A stretch of DNA of 64,000 bases, taken from positions 131,316,001 through 131,380,000 of the forward strand of contig NC_091980.1 of NCBI RefSeq assembly GCF_044704955.1. The letters are read 5' to 3'. Position 1 is the first letter of the stretch. Every line of letters starts with the position of its first letter. Below the pieces are notes generated by a model, which worked only from the letters and a program-made list of their open reading frames with translations, was not told the DNA's origin and ran no database searches. This document shows positions 22,901 through 35,500 of this stretch, piece by piece. Made by a program: the position numbers and the translations under genes. Origin of the DNA: Pristiophorus japonicus (lineage: Eukaryota).

Positions 22901-24331
22901 GCAGACAAAAGGCAGGTAACTATAGGCCGGTTAGTTTAACATCTGAAGTGGGGAAAATGCTTGAAATTATCATTAAGGAAGAATTAGCGGGACATCTAGA
23001 TAGGAATAGTGCAATCAAGCAGACGCAACATGGATTCATGAAGGGGAAATCATGTTTAACTAATTTAATGGAATTCTTTGAGGATATAACGAACATGGTG
23101 GACAGAGGTGTACCGATGGATGTGGTGTATTTAGATTACCAAAAGGCATTCGATCAGGTGCCACACAAAAGGTTACTGCAGAAGATAAAGGTACGCGGAG
23201 TCAGAGGAAATGTATTAGCATGGATAGAGAATTGGCTGCCTAACAGAAAGCAGAGAGTCTGGATAAATGGGTCCTTTTAGGGTTGGCAATCAGTGGATAG
23301 TGGTGTGCCACGGGATCGGTGCTGGGACCACAACTGTTTCCAATATACATAGATGACCTGGAAGAGGGGACAGAGTGTAGTGCAACAAAATTTGCAGATG
23401 ACACAAAGATTAGTGGGAAAGCGGGTTGTGTAGAGGACACAGAGAGGCTGCAAAGAGATTTAGATAGGTTCAGCGAATGGGCTAAGGTTTGGCAGATGGA
23501 ATACAATGTCTGAAAATGTGAGGTCATCCACCTTGGAAAAAAAAACAGTAAAAGGGAATATTATTTGAATGGGGAGAAATTACAACATGCTGCGGTGCAG
23601 AGGGACCTGGGGTCCTTGTGCATGAATCCCAAAAGTTAGTTTGCAGGTGCAGCAGGTAATCAGGAAGGCGAATGGAATGTTGGCCTTCATTGTGAGAGAG
23701 ATGGAATACAAAAGCAGGGCGGTCCTGCTGCAACTGTATAGGGTATTGGTGAGACCGCACCTGGAGTACTGCGTGCAGTTTTGGTCACCTTTCTTAAGGA
23801 AGGCTATACTAGCTTTGGAGGGGGTACAGAGATGATTCACTAGGCTTATTCCGGAGATGAGGGGGTTACCTTATGATGATAGATTGAGTAGACTGGGTCT
23901 TTACTCGTTGAAGTTCAGAAGGATGAGGGGTGATCTTTTAGAAACATTTAAAATAATGAAAGGGATAGACAAGATCGAGGCAGAGAGGTTGTTTCCACTG
24001 GTCGGGGAGACTGGAACTAGGGGGCACAGCCTCAAAATACGGGGGAGCCAATTTAAAACCGAGTTGAGAAGCAATTTCTTCTCCCAGAGGGTTGTGAATC
24101 TGTGGAATTCTCTGCCCAGGGAAGCAGTTGAGGCTAGCTCATTGAATGTATTCAAATCACAGATGGATAGATTTTTAACCAATAAGGGAATTAAGGGTTA
24201 TGGGGAGTGGGCGGGTAAGTGGAGCCCTGGCCAGATCAGCCATGATCTTGTTGAGTGGCGGAGCAGGCTCGAGGGGCTAAATGGCCTACCTCTGTTCCTA
24301 ATTCTTATGTTCTTATGTTCTTATGTTCTTA
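19903..24331 (+). mobile_element. Near full-length CR1 LINE (5'UTR, ORF1, disrupted APE-RT ORF2)
   Basis: ORF2 motifs AITETWL, VYRPP, MGDFN, YLDYQKAFD, KFADDTK with stops and a deletion near 22133. (TTCTTATG)n tail at about 24302-24333. Confidence 0.93.
20393..21343 (+). CDS. CR1 ORF1p (zinc finger, coiled coil, SGNH/GDSL esterase), open 316 aa
   Basis: CxxC..CxxC, heptad region, IVIGDSIVRG, VVHIGTND, DRLHLN. Confidence 0.85.
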   Translation: MAGQLVQKECNICAMWEFLDASRNGDDHMCRKCLQLLQLERRVSELERGLEALRNIRENKRYMDSSFQALVTPQIKRVQEDREWVTVAHKSMARQVVQESPEAIPLSNRHSILTTGEGSDASGECSQGQVHSTMGGSAAQRGRKKTGRTIVIGDSIVRGADRRFCGSKNDIRMVCCLPGARVNDVTERRQSILGREGEQPVVVVHIGTNDIGRKRGEVLKAEFWELGVRLKARTSKVVISGLLPVTRTSEGRNRKASQINTWLGHWCRREGFSFLNNWNHFWGRWDLYKSDRLHLNRDGTNVVTGGFDSTIGRALN

Positions 24332-24414
24332 TGAGCTCAGAACTGCGCTAATGGTTAACTGTTTACGTATGCATCACAAAATATATCAGGTCAATGTTCA
24401 TCCCACTCCATGCT

Positions 24415-24546
24415 AATAACATAAGAACATAATTAGGTGCAGGAGCATGCCCAATGGCACCTTGAGTCTGCTTTGCCATTCAATAAGATCATGGTTGATC
24501 GTCAACTGCACTTTCCCGCCCGATCGCCATATCCTTTGATTCCCTG
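24415..24546 (-). mobile_element. CR1 3' tail fragment
   Basis: ACATAAGAACATAA tail and CCATTCAATAAGATCATGG motif. Confidence 0.65.
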
Positions 24547-25689
24547 TGTTGATAACTTCTGACTCAGGGACAAGATTGTTAGCAACTGATCCAAGGTTGA
24601 TCAAATCTTGCATTTATATGATGCATTTTTATCAGGGCAGCCCAACGCACTTCATAGCCAATGAAGTTCTTTTGAAGTTCAGTCTCTGTTTTGGAGTAGC
24701 CAATTTATACACAGAAAGGTCCCCCATCAGTCTGTTTACAATGGGGAGATCTGGATTTGGATGAATGTACACACGTGGATTTGTAACACTGCTCCAACTA
24801 AAAGACACAGTCAGCACCACTCAAAATAAATGCAAAGTCATATATGTATGGAGTCTCAAATTGTAATTCCCATTCCAAATGTATTCATTCACAATACAGG
24901 GAGGGACAAGCAATGAAGGGCCGCAGCAACTGAGGGATGTGCCCACAGTCAGTCAGTAGAGAGTCAGGTTGTGGATATCACCACCAGTTTAAACATATCT
25001 CATAGAAATTAGTGTGAAACCTAAATTTAGGTGCTTCTGGTTTGTAGATTTTCAAAGTTTCTAAAACTCAAAATTATTTACATCGTAATCAAAGATGCAG
25101 CCTGGATTTTAGCCTGCTGTCCACGGCCAGATTAGGCACAATCCCCTCAAGGAGGTCCACCTCTCCCTCTCCATGGTCAAATACTATTATTTGAAGCTCA
25201 TCCTGGATAAGAAAAAATCCAAATCTCCTTTCTCTAGTGCTAATTGCCTCCTCTAACATCACTTGCAGCTCCATTTTCTCTTCACACTCAGTGTGAGCTC
25301 ATAGACTGCTTTGCCCTAATATAGTCTTCACAGCTGCTTCTGCCTCACGTTCTTCCACATAGGCCAATGAGGACAAAACAAGGAAAGAGAAAATATCCAA
25401 GAAAGTTGAGTATGTTCCCTTGTCTCTTACACTTGGTATGTCTAACCTCACAATGCCCCATGGTTCAGTGAGTGTTAACATTCTAGAACATGGTGTCACA
25501 ATAGGTCAATGTCATGCACTATTCTGTAACATTTCTAGAGTGCGGTCAACTCAGGATTAAAACTGCACAAAAAATGTTGTACATTGACCGAACTAAAGTG
25601 TTACCCACATGAATCAAGCACTTACTTTTAAAATAAACTTCCCTGCCACAAATTCTGTTCCCGAGCCACCAACTCCATCACTCTTCCAG

Positions 25690-25980
25690 GCCATTATTTC
25701 ATGCTGAACCAGACAGTTCATAACTTGCCATGCTCTTTGACCCCGAGCTGAGCTTCTGACCACATAACTGATCCATCACCAAATCTGCCTACTTCCACCT
25801 ATGTAACATCACGTGTTTCCACCATGCCTCAGCTCTTCTACTGCTGAAACCCTCATCTGTGCCTTTTAAACTCTAGAATTGACTATTTCAATGCTCTCAT
25901 GTCAGCCTTACATGCTCCATGAACTTAAGCTTATTGAAAACTCTGCTTCCCGTATCCTAACACATACCTAGTCCCATTTG
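25690..25980 (+). mobile_element. Old L2/CR1-like LINE fragment
   Basis: Decayed ..ITKSAYFHL.NI..AETLI.AF..SRIDYFNAL pattern. Confidence 0.55.
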
Positions 25981-28080
25981 TCTTGAATCCCCTTGCCACG
26001 GGACCAAGACCTTGCTCTGTCAAGCCCGTGTGTTAACTGGTGTGCAACGGCCACCTCACGTTAAAAGAAGTTCAGGAACAGGAACATCAGGACCCTCATG
26101 GACAACGCCAACAGCAACAGACCGGAAAGCTGCACCGCAATTGTTGCCCTGGAACTCAGGCACTTCGCCATAGACATCGCTGCCCTCAGCGAGACCCGGC
26201 AGGCAGGGGAAGGCCTGCTCAAAGAACAAGGAAAGAAAAACCAGAAGCAGAATGCTTCCTCCATGGCGTAGGTTTCACTGTAAAAAACGAGCTTGTATGT
26301 CGTCTCAAAGACTCTCCCATAGGATAAACGAATGCCTCATGACTCTTCGGTTCACCCTAACCTGGAACCAGTGCATTACGATCTTCCATGCATACGCCCG
26401 AACACTGGAAGCTCCAGACGAGACCAAAGAGGAATTCTCCTCCAGCCTCGAACAATCCCTGTCCCAAGTCCCAACGGGTGACAAGCTGATCCTCCTTGGT
26501 GACTTTAAAGCCAGAGTCGGTCAGGACACAGACCTCTGGGGAGGTGTGATCGGCAGAGAGGGTGTAGGGAAAGCCAATCCAATGGCACCCTCCTCCTGAT
26601 GAAATGCTTAGGAGACAGCCACATCATAAACAATACCCTGTTCCGTCAGAAGTACAAATATAAAGTCTCATGGCAGCAACCTCGCTCCAAGCACTGGTAT
26701 CTGCTAGACTACGTCATCGTCCGATCGAGGGACCGCAAAGTGGTGCATATCACCTGCGCTATGACAGGAGCAGACGATTGCTGGATGGACCACTGCCTAA
26801 TTCGTTCTGTCATCAACATCAACATTGCCCCAAATAAGTGACGGTAACAGAAATAATGCCGCAGGAAAATCAATGCCGGAGCACTCAAAGATCCTGCTAA
26901 GAAATCCCTATTCAGCCAACGCCTTGCTACCATCCTGACGACTCCCAGTGACCCAGAGATGCAGAGTGTTCTCAGCGCCTAGTCTGCCCTCAAGGCTTCC
27001 ATAATTAGCTGAGACACTGAGTCATTCGACCAGGAAAGACCAAGACTGGTTCGACGAGAATGTCCAGGAGATCCAGGAGCTAATATGTCGCAATCACAAG
27101 GCATTCTTGGACTGGAAGCAGCAACACAAATCAAGGGCAAGAAAACAGATCTACAGTCTGAAGGCCGAGGTACAACAGAAAACCGTGACCTAAAGAACAG
27201 ATGGTGGGTGGAGAAATCACAAGAAATCCAGCAGCAACCACGACTTGCGAGGATTCTTCAACGATGTCAAGATGACCGACAGCCCAAGCAGCTAAGGACG
27301 TTCCCCACTGCTGGCCAAGAATGTGGAGAGGTACTCATCAAGGACAAAGAGGCAGTCAGTGCCTGCTCAAAGAGCATTTCGAGGATCTCTTTAACTGAGG
27401 CTCTGTCTTCAACGCGAGTGCCCTCGAATTCATCCCACAGCATGCCACCCGCCACCATCTCAGCACATCCCCAGCCCGGCACGAGTCGAAAAGACCATCC
27501 GACAATTGAAGAACAACAATGCACCAGGAGCAGATGGAATCCCCGCCGGAGCACTGAAACATGGTGGAGAAGCACTACTGGCGCGGATTCATGACCTCAT
27601 CTTTCTTATCTGGAAGGAGGAGATCATGCCAGGAGATCTCAGAGATGTTGTAATCGTGACCATTTTCAGGAAAGGTCAGAAGTCTGACTGCGGAAACTAC
27701 AGAAGAATCTCCCTGCTGTCGACCACCGGGAAAATCATCGTAAGAATCCTCCTCAATCGCCTTCTCCCTGAGGCTGAAGAGCTCCTCTCAGAGTCGTAAT
27801 GCGGATTCCGCCCACTAAAGGGCACAATGGACATGATCTTCACTGCGCGGCAGATACAAGAGAAATGCAGGGAATAGCACCAACCCTTGTACGTGGCCTT
27901 CTTTGATCTCACAAAAGCCTTGAGGGATTATGGAGCATCCTCCTCAGATTGGGCCGCCATCAAAAGTTTGTCACACCGTGCTCCACGATGACATGCAAGC
28001 CGTGATCCTGACCAACGGATACATCACAGACCCATTCCACATTCAGACCAGGGTCAAGCGAGGCTGTCATCGCACCAATG
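25981..28080 (+). mobile_element. RTE-clade LINE, 5' half, decayed
   Basis: APE motifs (DIAALSET, LILLGDFKARVG, LLDYVIV, DH) and RT N-terminus (APGADGIP, CGNYRRISLLS). Ends at the left edge of duplicate B. Confidence 0.85.
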
Positions 28081-28104
28081 CTACAGGCCAGATCGAAGGT
28101 CATC

Positions 28105-30058
28105 CCGGGAGTCAGTCTGGTGAACCTTCGCTGCACTCCCTCAATAGCAAGAACGTCCTTCCTCAGATTAGGAGACCAACACTGAACACAATATTCCAGG
28201 AGAGGCCTCACCAAGGCCCTGTACAACTGCAGTAAGACCTCCGTGCTCTTATACTCAAATCCCCTAACTATGAAGGCCAACATACCATTTGCCATCTTCA
28301 CCGCCTGCTGTACCTGTATGCCAACTTTCAATGACTGATGAACCATGACACCCACGTTTCGTTGCAGCTCCCCTTTTCCTAACCTGCCGCCATTCAGATA
28401 AAATTCTGTCTTCACATTTTTGCCCCAAAGTGGATAACCTCACATTTATCCACATTATACTGCATCTACCATGCATTTGCCCACTTACCTAACCTGTGCA
28501 AGTCGCCCTGCAGCCTCCTAGTGTCCCCCTCACAGCTCACACCGCCACCGAGTTTAGTGTCATCTGCAAATTTGGAGATATTACACTCAATTCATTCATC
28601 CAAATCATTGATGTATATTGTAAAGAGCTGGGGTCCCAGCACTGAGCCCTGCGGCACTCCACTAGTCATTGCCTGCCATTCTGAAAAGGACCCGTTTATC
28701 CTGACTCTCTGCTTCCTGTCTGCCAACCAATTCTCTAGCCACATCAGTATATTACCCGCAATACCATGTGCTTTGATTTTGCACACCAATCTCTTGTATG
28801 GGACTTTGTCAAAAGCCTTTTGAAAGTCCAAATACACCACATCCACTGGTTCTCCCTTGTCCACTCTACTAGTTACATCGTCATAAAATTCCAGAAAATT
28901 TGTCAAGCATGATTTCCCCTTTATAAATCCATGCTGACTTGGACTGATCCTGTCACTGCTTTCTAAATGCACTGCTATTTCATCCTTAATAATTGATTCC
29001 AACATTTTCCCCACTAATGATGTCAGGCTAACCGGTCTATATTTACCCGTTTTCTCTCTCCCTCCCTTTTTTTTAAAAGTGGTGTTACATTAGCTACCCT
29101 CCAGTCCATAGGAACTGATCCAGAGTCAATAGAATGTTGGAAAATGATCACCAATGCATCCACTATTTCGAGGGCCACTTCCTTAAGTACTCTGGGATGC
29201 AGACTATCAGGCTCTGGGGATTTATCGGCCTTCAATCCCATCAATTTCCCTAACACAGTTTTGTGCCTATTAAGGATATCCTTCAGTTCCTCCTTCTCAC
29301 TAGATCCTCGGTCCCCTAGTACTTCCGGAAGGTTATTTGTGTCTTCCATCGTGAAGACAAAACCAAAGTATTTGTTCCATTGGTCTGCCATCTCTTTGTT
29401 CCCCATTATAAATTCACCTGAATCCAACTGCAAGGGATCTACATTTGTCTTCACTCATTTTTTTCTTTTCACATATCTATAGAAGCTTTTGCAGTCAGTT
29501 TTTATATTCCCGGAAAGCCTCTTCTCGTACTCTATTTTCCCTTCTTAATTAAACGCTTTGTCCTCCTCTGCTGAATTCTAAATTTCTCCCAGTCCTCAGG
29601 TTTGTTGCTTATTCTGGCCAATTTATATGCCTCTTCCTTGGATTTAACACTATCCTTAATTTCCCTTGTTTGCCACTGTTGAGCCACCTTCACCGTTTTA
29701 TTTTTACTCCAGACAGGGATGTACAATTGTTGATGTTCATCCATGTGATCTTTAAATGTTTGCCATTGCCTATCCACTGTCAATACTTTAAGTATCATTT
29801 GATTGTCTATTCCAGCCTATTCACGCCTCAAACCATCGAAGTTACCTTTCCCCAAGTTCAGGACCCTAGTTTCTTAATTAACTGTGTCACTCGCCAACTT
29901 AATAAAGAATTCTACCATGTTATGGTCACTCTTCCCCAAGGGGCCTCGCACAACAAGATTGCTAATTAGTTCTTTCTTGTTACATATCACCCAGTCTAGG
30001 ATGGCCAGCTCCCTAGTTGGTTCCTCAACATATTGGTCTAGAAAACCATCCCTGATAC
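28105..30058 (-). mobile_element. CR1 LINE fragment, duplicate of 1876-3826
   Basis: Near-identical ORF2 peptides and nearly the same 5' truncation point. Confidence 0.9.
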
Positions 30059-30619
30059 AAGAGAGATTAATCATCACCAAACACAGGAAAAAACAAATAT
30101 TCCCTTCACACCAGTGGGACAATGTCTACACAACCAACACTACACACAGTGTTTCTCTCTCTCTTCCCACAATCCCTCCAATCCCTTCAGCTTGACACAA
30201 ACGTCCTGCCCTTTAACCTCTGCGGATAGACCAGACTTACCAGAGCACATGTAAAATACATGGAATGTACTGGAGCAAATAGGCGCCTCCTCAGATATTT
30301 AGGACATTATAGAAAACACACTCGGTTAACCATCATTTCAAGTTTGCATGAATGTAATAATAGGGGTGAGGCAAACCCAATATAAAGGGACCTGGATAGG
30401 TGTGCTGCTGGTGGAAAATGGTATTTAATATGGGAAAATGCAAGAGAATGAGACGAGGGTAGGGAAATCAAGAGTGGGAATATAAACTGAATAGTTCCAG
30501 GCCACAAGCCACCAAAATGGGAGTTGAGTCTGGGGATCCCAGAAGCAGATAGCATGGAGATTTTACACATGATTGAGATAGATATCGGCGGACTGGGTTA
30601 CTGAGAACTTTTAGCATCA

Positions 30620-31095
30620 GGGATCAGTTAGATGGACTCAGTTTGTAGCGCTCTCATCTCACAGTCAGAAAATTATGGGTTTGAGTCCCACTCCAGAGAA
30701 TTGAGCACAAAATCTCGGCTGACACGACAGTGCAGAAATGAGGGAATGCTGCGCTGTTGGAGATGCCATCTTTTGGATGAGATGTTTAACCGAGGCTCCG
30801 TCTGCCCTCGCAGGTGGACAGAAATGATCTCATGGTCCCATGGCACTATATCGAAGAAGAGCAGGGGAGTTATTCCCGATATCCTAGCCAATATTTATTC
30901 CTCAAACAACATCACTGAAAACAGATTTTGTATTCATGATCACGTTGCTGTTTGTGGGACCTTGCTGTGTGCAAATTAGCTCCGCATTTCCAACAACAGT
31001 GACTGTGCTTCAAAAAGTACTTCATTGGCTGTAAAATGCTTTGGGACATCCTGAGATCATGAATAGCGCTATATAAATGCAAGGCTTTCTTTCTG
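30620..31095 (+). mobile_element. Deu-domain SINE (SacSINE1-like)
   Basis: tRNA-like head plus Deu core. Paralog of 3960-4292 and 46170-46632. Confidence 0.65.
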
Positions 31096-31305
31096 GACTG
31101 CAGTCTATCTCATTGTTACAGCAATTTCATGGTAATAACACATGAACTGTACATCCCATGGTCCCCTCCACATCTAGCTGATGTGTGTACAGGTACTCAA
31201 TAAACTTAGAAGTGATGGTGTATCTGAGAACTTGTGTTTGACACATTCATCACAAGCACTTTCCATTCACCTGACACACTGTTGGTTGCTTTGCAGACTC
31301 ACTGA

Positions 31306-32174
31306 AGGGTGGTTTTAGGTGGCAGGCGGATGAGAGGGCTGTGTTTGGCAAGGTGACCAGAGTCAGGGACATACTGGATGGCAGAGGAGCGGACTGGATG
31401 GCGCCAGAGGAGCTGGCATGGTGCCTATCCTGGGCCAAAGTCCGGCGCGCGGCCAATGCCATCGAGTCGCTAAAAACAGCACTGCGCCCTGACTCCTTTA
31501 GGTGTGTCGAGGAGGCCTCAGCAGGTGGGGCGATCCCATCCGGACGGAATTCCTCATCGGCTTCAAGCCTGTCCTCCCTTTATTTATTGGGGACTTGGCC
31601 TGGAGGGTGTTGCATGGAGCAGTCCCGTGCAATCGATTTTTAAGTCGGTTCACGGACTCCCAGGCCGTCTGTAATTTCTGTGGTCTAGAGGACTCCTTGT
31701 TCCATATCTATGATGAATGTATGAGGTTGCAGCCGCTCTTTCAATATTTGAAGGTACTGCTCCTCAAATTCTGGTTGCACTTCAATCCCACGATCCTGAT
31801 CTTTGGGCATCCTGTATGGAAGGGAGTGGGCAGGTCGGAAGGCCTCCTCGTAGGACTGGTCCTGGGCATGGCCAAAATGGCTATTAACCAGTACAGGCAG
31901 CGGGCGGTCGAGGGGGTCGTTCAGCCCAACTGCCTGCCTCTCTTCCGCGGTTACATTCGAGTGACGGGTGTCCCTGGAAATGGAGCACGCGGTGTCCACC
32001 AGTACGCTCGCAGCTTTCCGCGAGAGGTGGGCACCGGAGAGACTGAATGCATCATCACACCCAGCAACCAAATTTTAATTTGACCATTTATTGTTTAGAA
32101 AGTTTTATTGGTTAATTTGTCAGTTCTAGTGGCCCTTTAAAGGGGGCACTTGATTTATTGTTTTACAAAAGTAG
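31306..32174 (+). mobile_element. Tx1 3' fragment, duplicate of 4512-5392
   Basis: Same TSD TTGCAGACTCACTGA at 31291-31305 and 32175-32189. Confidence 0.85.
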
Positions 32175-32506
32175 TTGCAGACTCACTGATCTGTTTGGAT
32201 GTTGCATCAAACCCGCAGATACCTGCAAATGACCAGAACAATTCAGAACTATTGAAAAGACACTGACTCGCAAACAACAGAGGATGTCAAGGTGGCCATT
32301 ATCTGGTCCGATCAGAGCGTGGGCGATGGGGTGATCTCTCCATCTGCCTGCCTCTCTTCCGTGGCTTATGTCCGTACCCAGGTGTCCCTGGAGAGGAAGC
32401 ACGTGGTGTCTGCCAGAATGCTTGAGGCTTTCCGTGACCGGTGGGCACCAGAGGGACTGGAGTGCAGCGTGGATACAGGGAATTAAATTATAATTTGAAA
32501 CATTTT

Positions 32507-35500
32507 TGTAGTATCCTTACACACTACTATAAATTCACACGAGGCACATTCTGCAGACAAGGTCACTCTGTGAACCAAACCTTTATTCACAGGACCAAGA
32601 AGTGATGACCCTGCGTGGGACCTCCCTTTATATACCTGGATGACCAGGTGAGGAGTGTCTCCCACAAGAACATCCCCTGTGGTCAAGGTGTGCATTTCTT
32701 GGGTGTATACAGTATGCAGTGTTATTACATGACGGTTACAGTTACATGAAGGTTACGTACATGACATCACCTCCCGCCAACATTTTATAGGGTCAAAGAT
32801 TAAGTCGTTCGGGCAGTCGATGCTCTCTCGTGGAGCGCTGCAGTTGGGGCTCTGGTTGTTGAGCTTGGCATGCGTCTCTGTCACCTGTGGTGATTCCGGC
32901 TTGTCCAGGCTGGTCGCAGGGACTGTGCATGCTGCTGAAAATTCTTGTTGCTCATTCACTGGCGATGGTGTTGGCAGCATCTCATGATCTTCCTCAGGTT
33001 CCTCAGTGTCCATGCTGAACTGTTTGTTTACTTGGTCCAGATGCCTGCGGCATATCTGTCCATTGTTAAGTCTTACCACTATTACCCTATTCCCCTCTTT
33101 GCCAAATACAGTACCCTCAAGCCACTTGGGCCCCAAAGCGTGATTAAGAACAAATACAGGGTCATTGATTTCTCTTCATCTCCCTTTTGAGTTACGGTCA
33201 TGGCACTCATTTTGGGACTGGCGCTTGCCCTCAACAATGTCTGACGGGACTAGATGAATTAGGAACAGCCGAGTTTTAAGTGTACATTTCATGAGTAGTT
33301 CATGACTCCCGTGAGCGAATGCGGTTGGGACCTATAGGCCAGCAGGAGGCGCGATAGGCGGCATTGAAGGGAGGGTCCTTGAATCTGGAGCATGCCTTGC
33401 TTTATGATTTAGACTGCACGTTCCACCTGGCCTTTGGAAGGCGGGTTGAACGGTGCTGTGCTGACATGTTTGATGCCATTACCCGACATGAACTCCCAGA
33501 ATTCATAGCTAGTGAAACACGGGCCGTTGTCGCTAACCAGAATGTCCGGCAAGCCGTGGGTTGCAAAGACTGCACGGAGACTCTCCACAGTGGTGGATGT
33601 CATGCACGAATTCAATATGATGCACTCGATCCATTTCGAGTATGCATCAACAACAATGAGGACCATTTTTCTCATGAACGGGCCCACGTAGGCTACATGA
33701 ATAAGTAACTATGGCCTGGTGGGCCAGGGCCACGGGCTGAGTGGGGCCTCCTTGGGGGCATTGCCCAGCTGGTCACACGTCGTGCACCTGCGAACACAGT
33801 GTTCCAGGTCTGAGTCAATTCCCGGCCACCATACATGTGACCGGGCAATGGCCTTCATTAGCACAATGCCTGGGTGCTCGCTGTGGAGTTCCCTGATGAA
33901 TGCTTCCCTTCCCTTCTGGGGCATGACTACCCGGCTGCCCTATAGTAGGCAGTCGGCTTGGATGGAGAGCTCATCCACCCATCTGTGAAACGGTCTGACC
34001 TCCTCGGGGCATGCTCCGTGTGCGGGCGCCCAATCCCCAGTCAGGACACATTTCTTAATCAAGGATAGGAGGGGATCTCTGTTGGTCCAGATTTTGATCT
34101 GGTGGGCTGTGTTGCGGGAGCCTGCGGTGTCAAATGCATCGACAGCCATGACCATCTCAGCGCTTTGCTCCGCTGCCCCATCAGTGGTGGCCAGTGGAAG
34201 CCTGCTGAGCGCATCAGCGAAATTTTCAGTGCCGGGCCAGTGTCGTATGGTGTAGTCATAGGCAGCCAGCGTGAGAGCCCATCGCTGTATGCGAGCTGAC
34301 GCATTGGCATTGACAGCTTTGCTGTCTGACAACAAATGTTAATCGCTTCTGATCCGTTTCTAACTTGAACCTTCTGCCAAAAAAGTACTGGTGCATCTTT
34401 TTCACCCCGTAGACACATGCGAGTGCTTCCTTTTCAACCATCCCATATCCCCTTTCTGCTTGGGAGAGCGACCTGGAGGCATAAGCCACAGGTTGGAGTT
34501 GGTCCTCATCATTACTCTGCTGCAACATGCACCCAACCCTATAGGATGTTGCATCACATGTCAAAATCAATTTCTTGCAGGGATTGTACAGGGTCAACAG
34601 CTTATTAGAACAAAGGAGGTTTCGCGCCCGATTGAAAGCCCGTTCCTGACAGTCCCCCTAAAACCAATCGCAACCCTTACGCAGGACCAGGTATAGTGGC
34701 TCCAACAATGTGCTTAAGTTCGACAGAAAGTTCCCGAAATAGTTCAAGAGTCCCAGAAATGAATGCAACTCTGATGTGTTGCCGGACCTGGGCGCACGAC
34801 GAATCGCCTCCGTTTTGGATTCGGTAGGCCGGTTCCCGTCTGCAGCATTCCTCCTGCCCAAAACCTCGACCTCTGGGGCCAAAAACACACACTTGGACTT
34901 CTTTCGTCGCAGGCCTACATGGTCCAGTCGGCGTAGCACCTCCTCCAGGTTGTGGAGGTGTTCCTCGGTGTCTTGACCCGTGATAAGCATGTCGTCCTGA
35001 AATACGATTGTTCCACTGATGGATTTGAGCAGGCTTTCCATGTTCCTTTGAAAGATAGCGGCCACTGATCGAATGCCAAACGGACACCTGTTGTAGACAA
35101 ACAGCCCCTTGTGTGTGGTGATGGTGGTCAGTAGCTTGGGTTCTTGGCCAGTTCCTCGGTCATGTAGGCTGAAGTGAGGTCCAACTTGGTGAACAGCTTG
35201 CCACCTGCCAGCGTGGCAAAATGATGCTCCGCTGTAGGAAAAGTATATTGGTCTTGTAGTATCACTCAGTTGATAGTGGCCTTGTAGTCGCCACAGATCC
35301 TGACCGAGCCATCCGTTTTTAGGACAGGGATGATGGGGTTTGCCCAGTCGCTGAATTCAATGGGCGAAATTATGCCCTCTCTTAGCAACCTGTCCAACTC
35401 ATTCTCACTTTTCTCCCGCATTACATACGGCACAGCTCTGGCTTTGTGGTGCACTGGTCTGGCGTCCGGGGTGACGCGTATCACTACTTTGGTACCTTTG

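Noticed and set aside
19903-24331. CR1 at 19903 being the duplicate of the CR1 at 58144, implying one deletion of copies 3 and 4
   Set aside because: Only the 5'UTR is shared. ORF1, ORF2, tails and insertion context differ.
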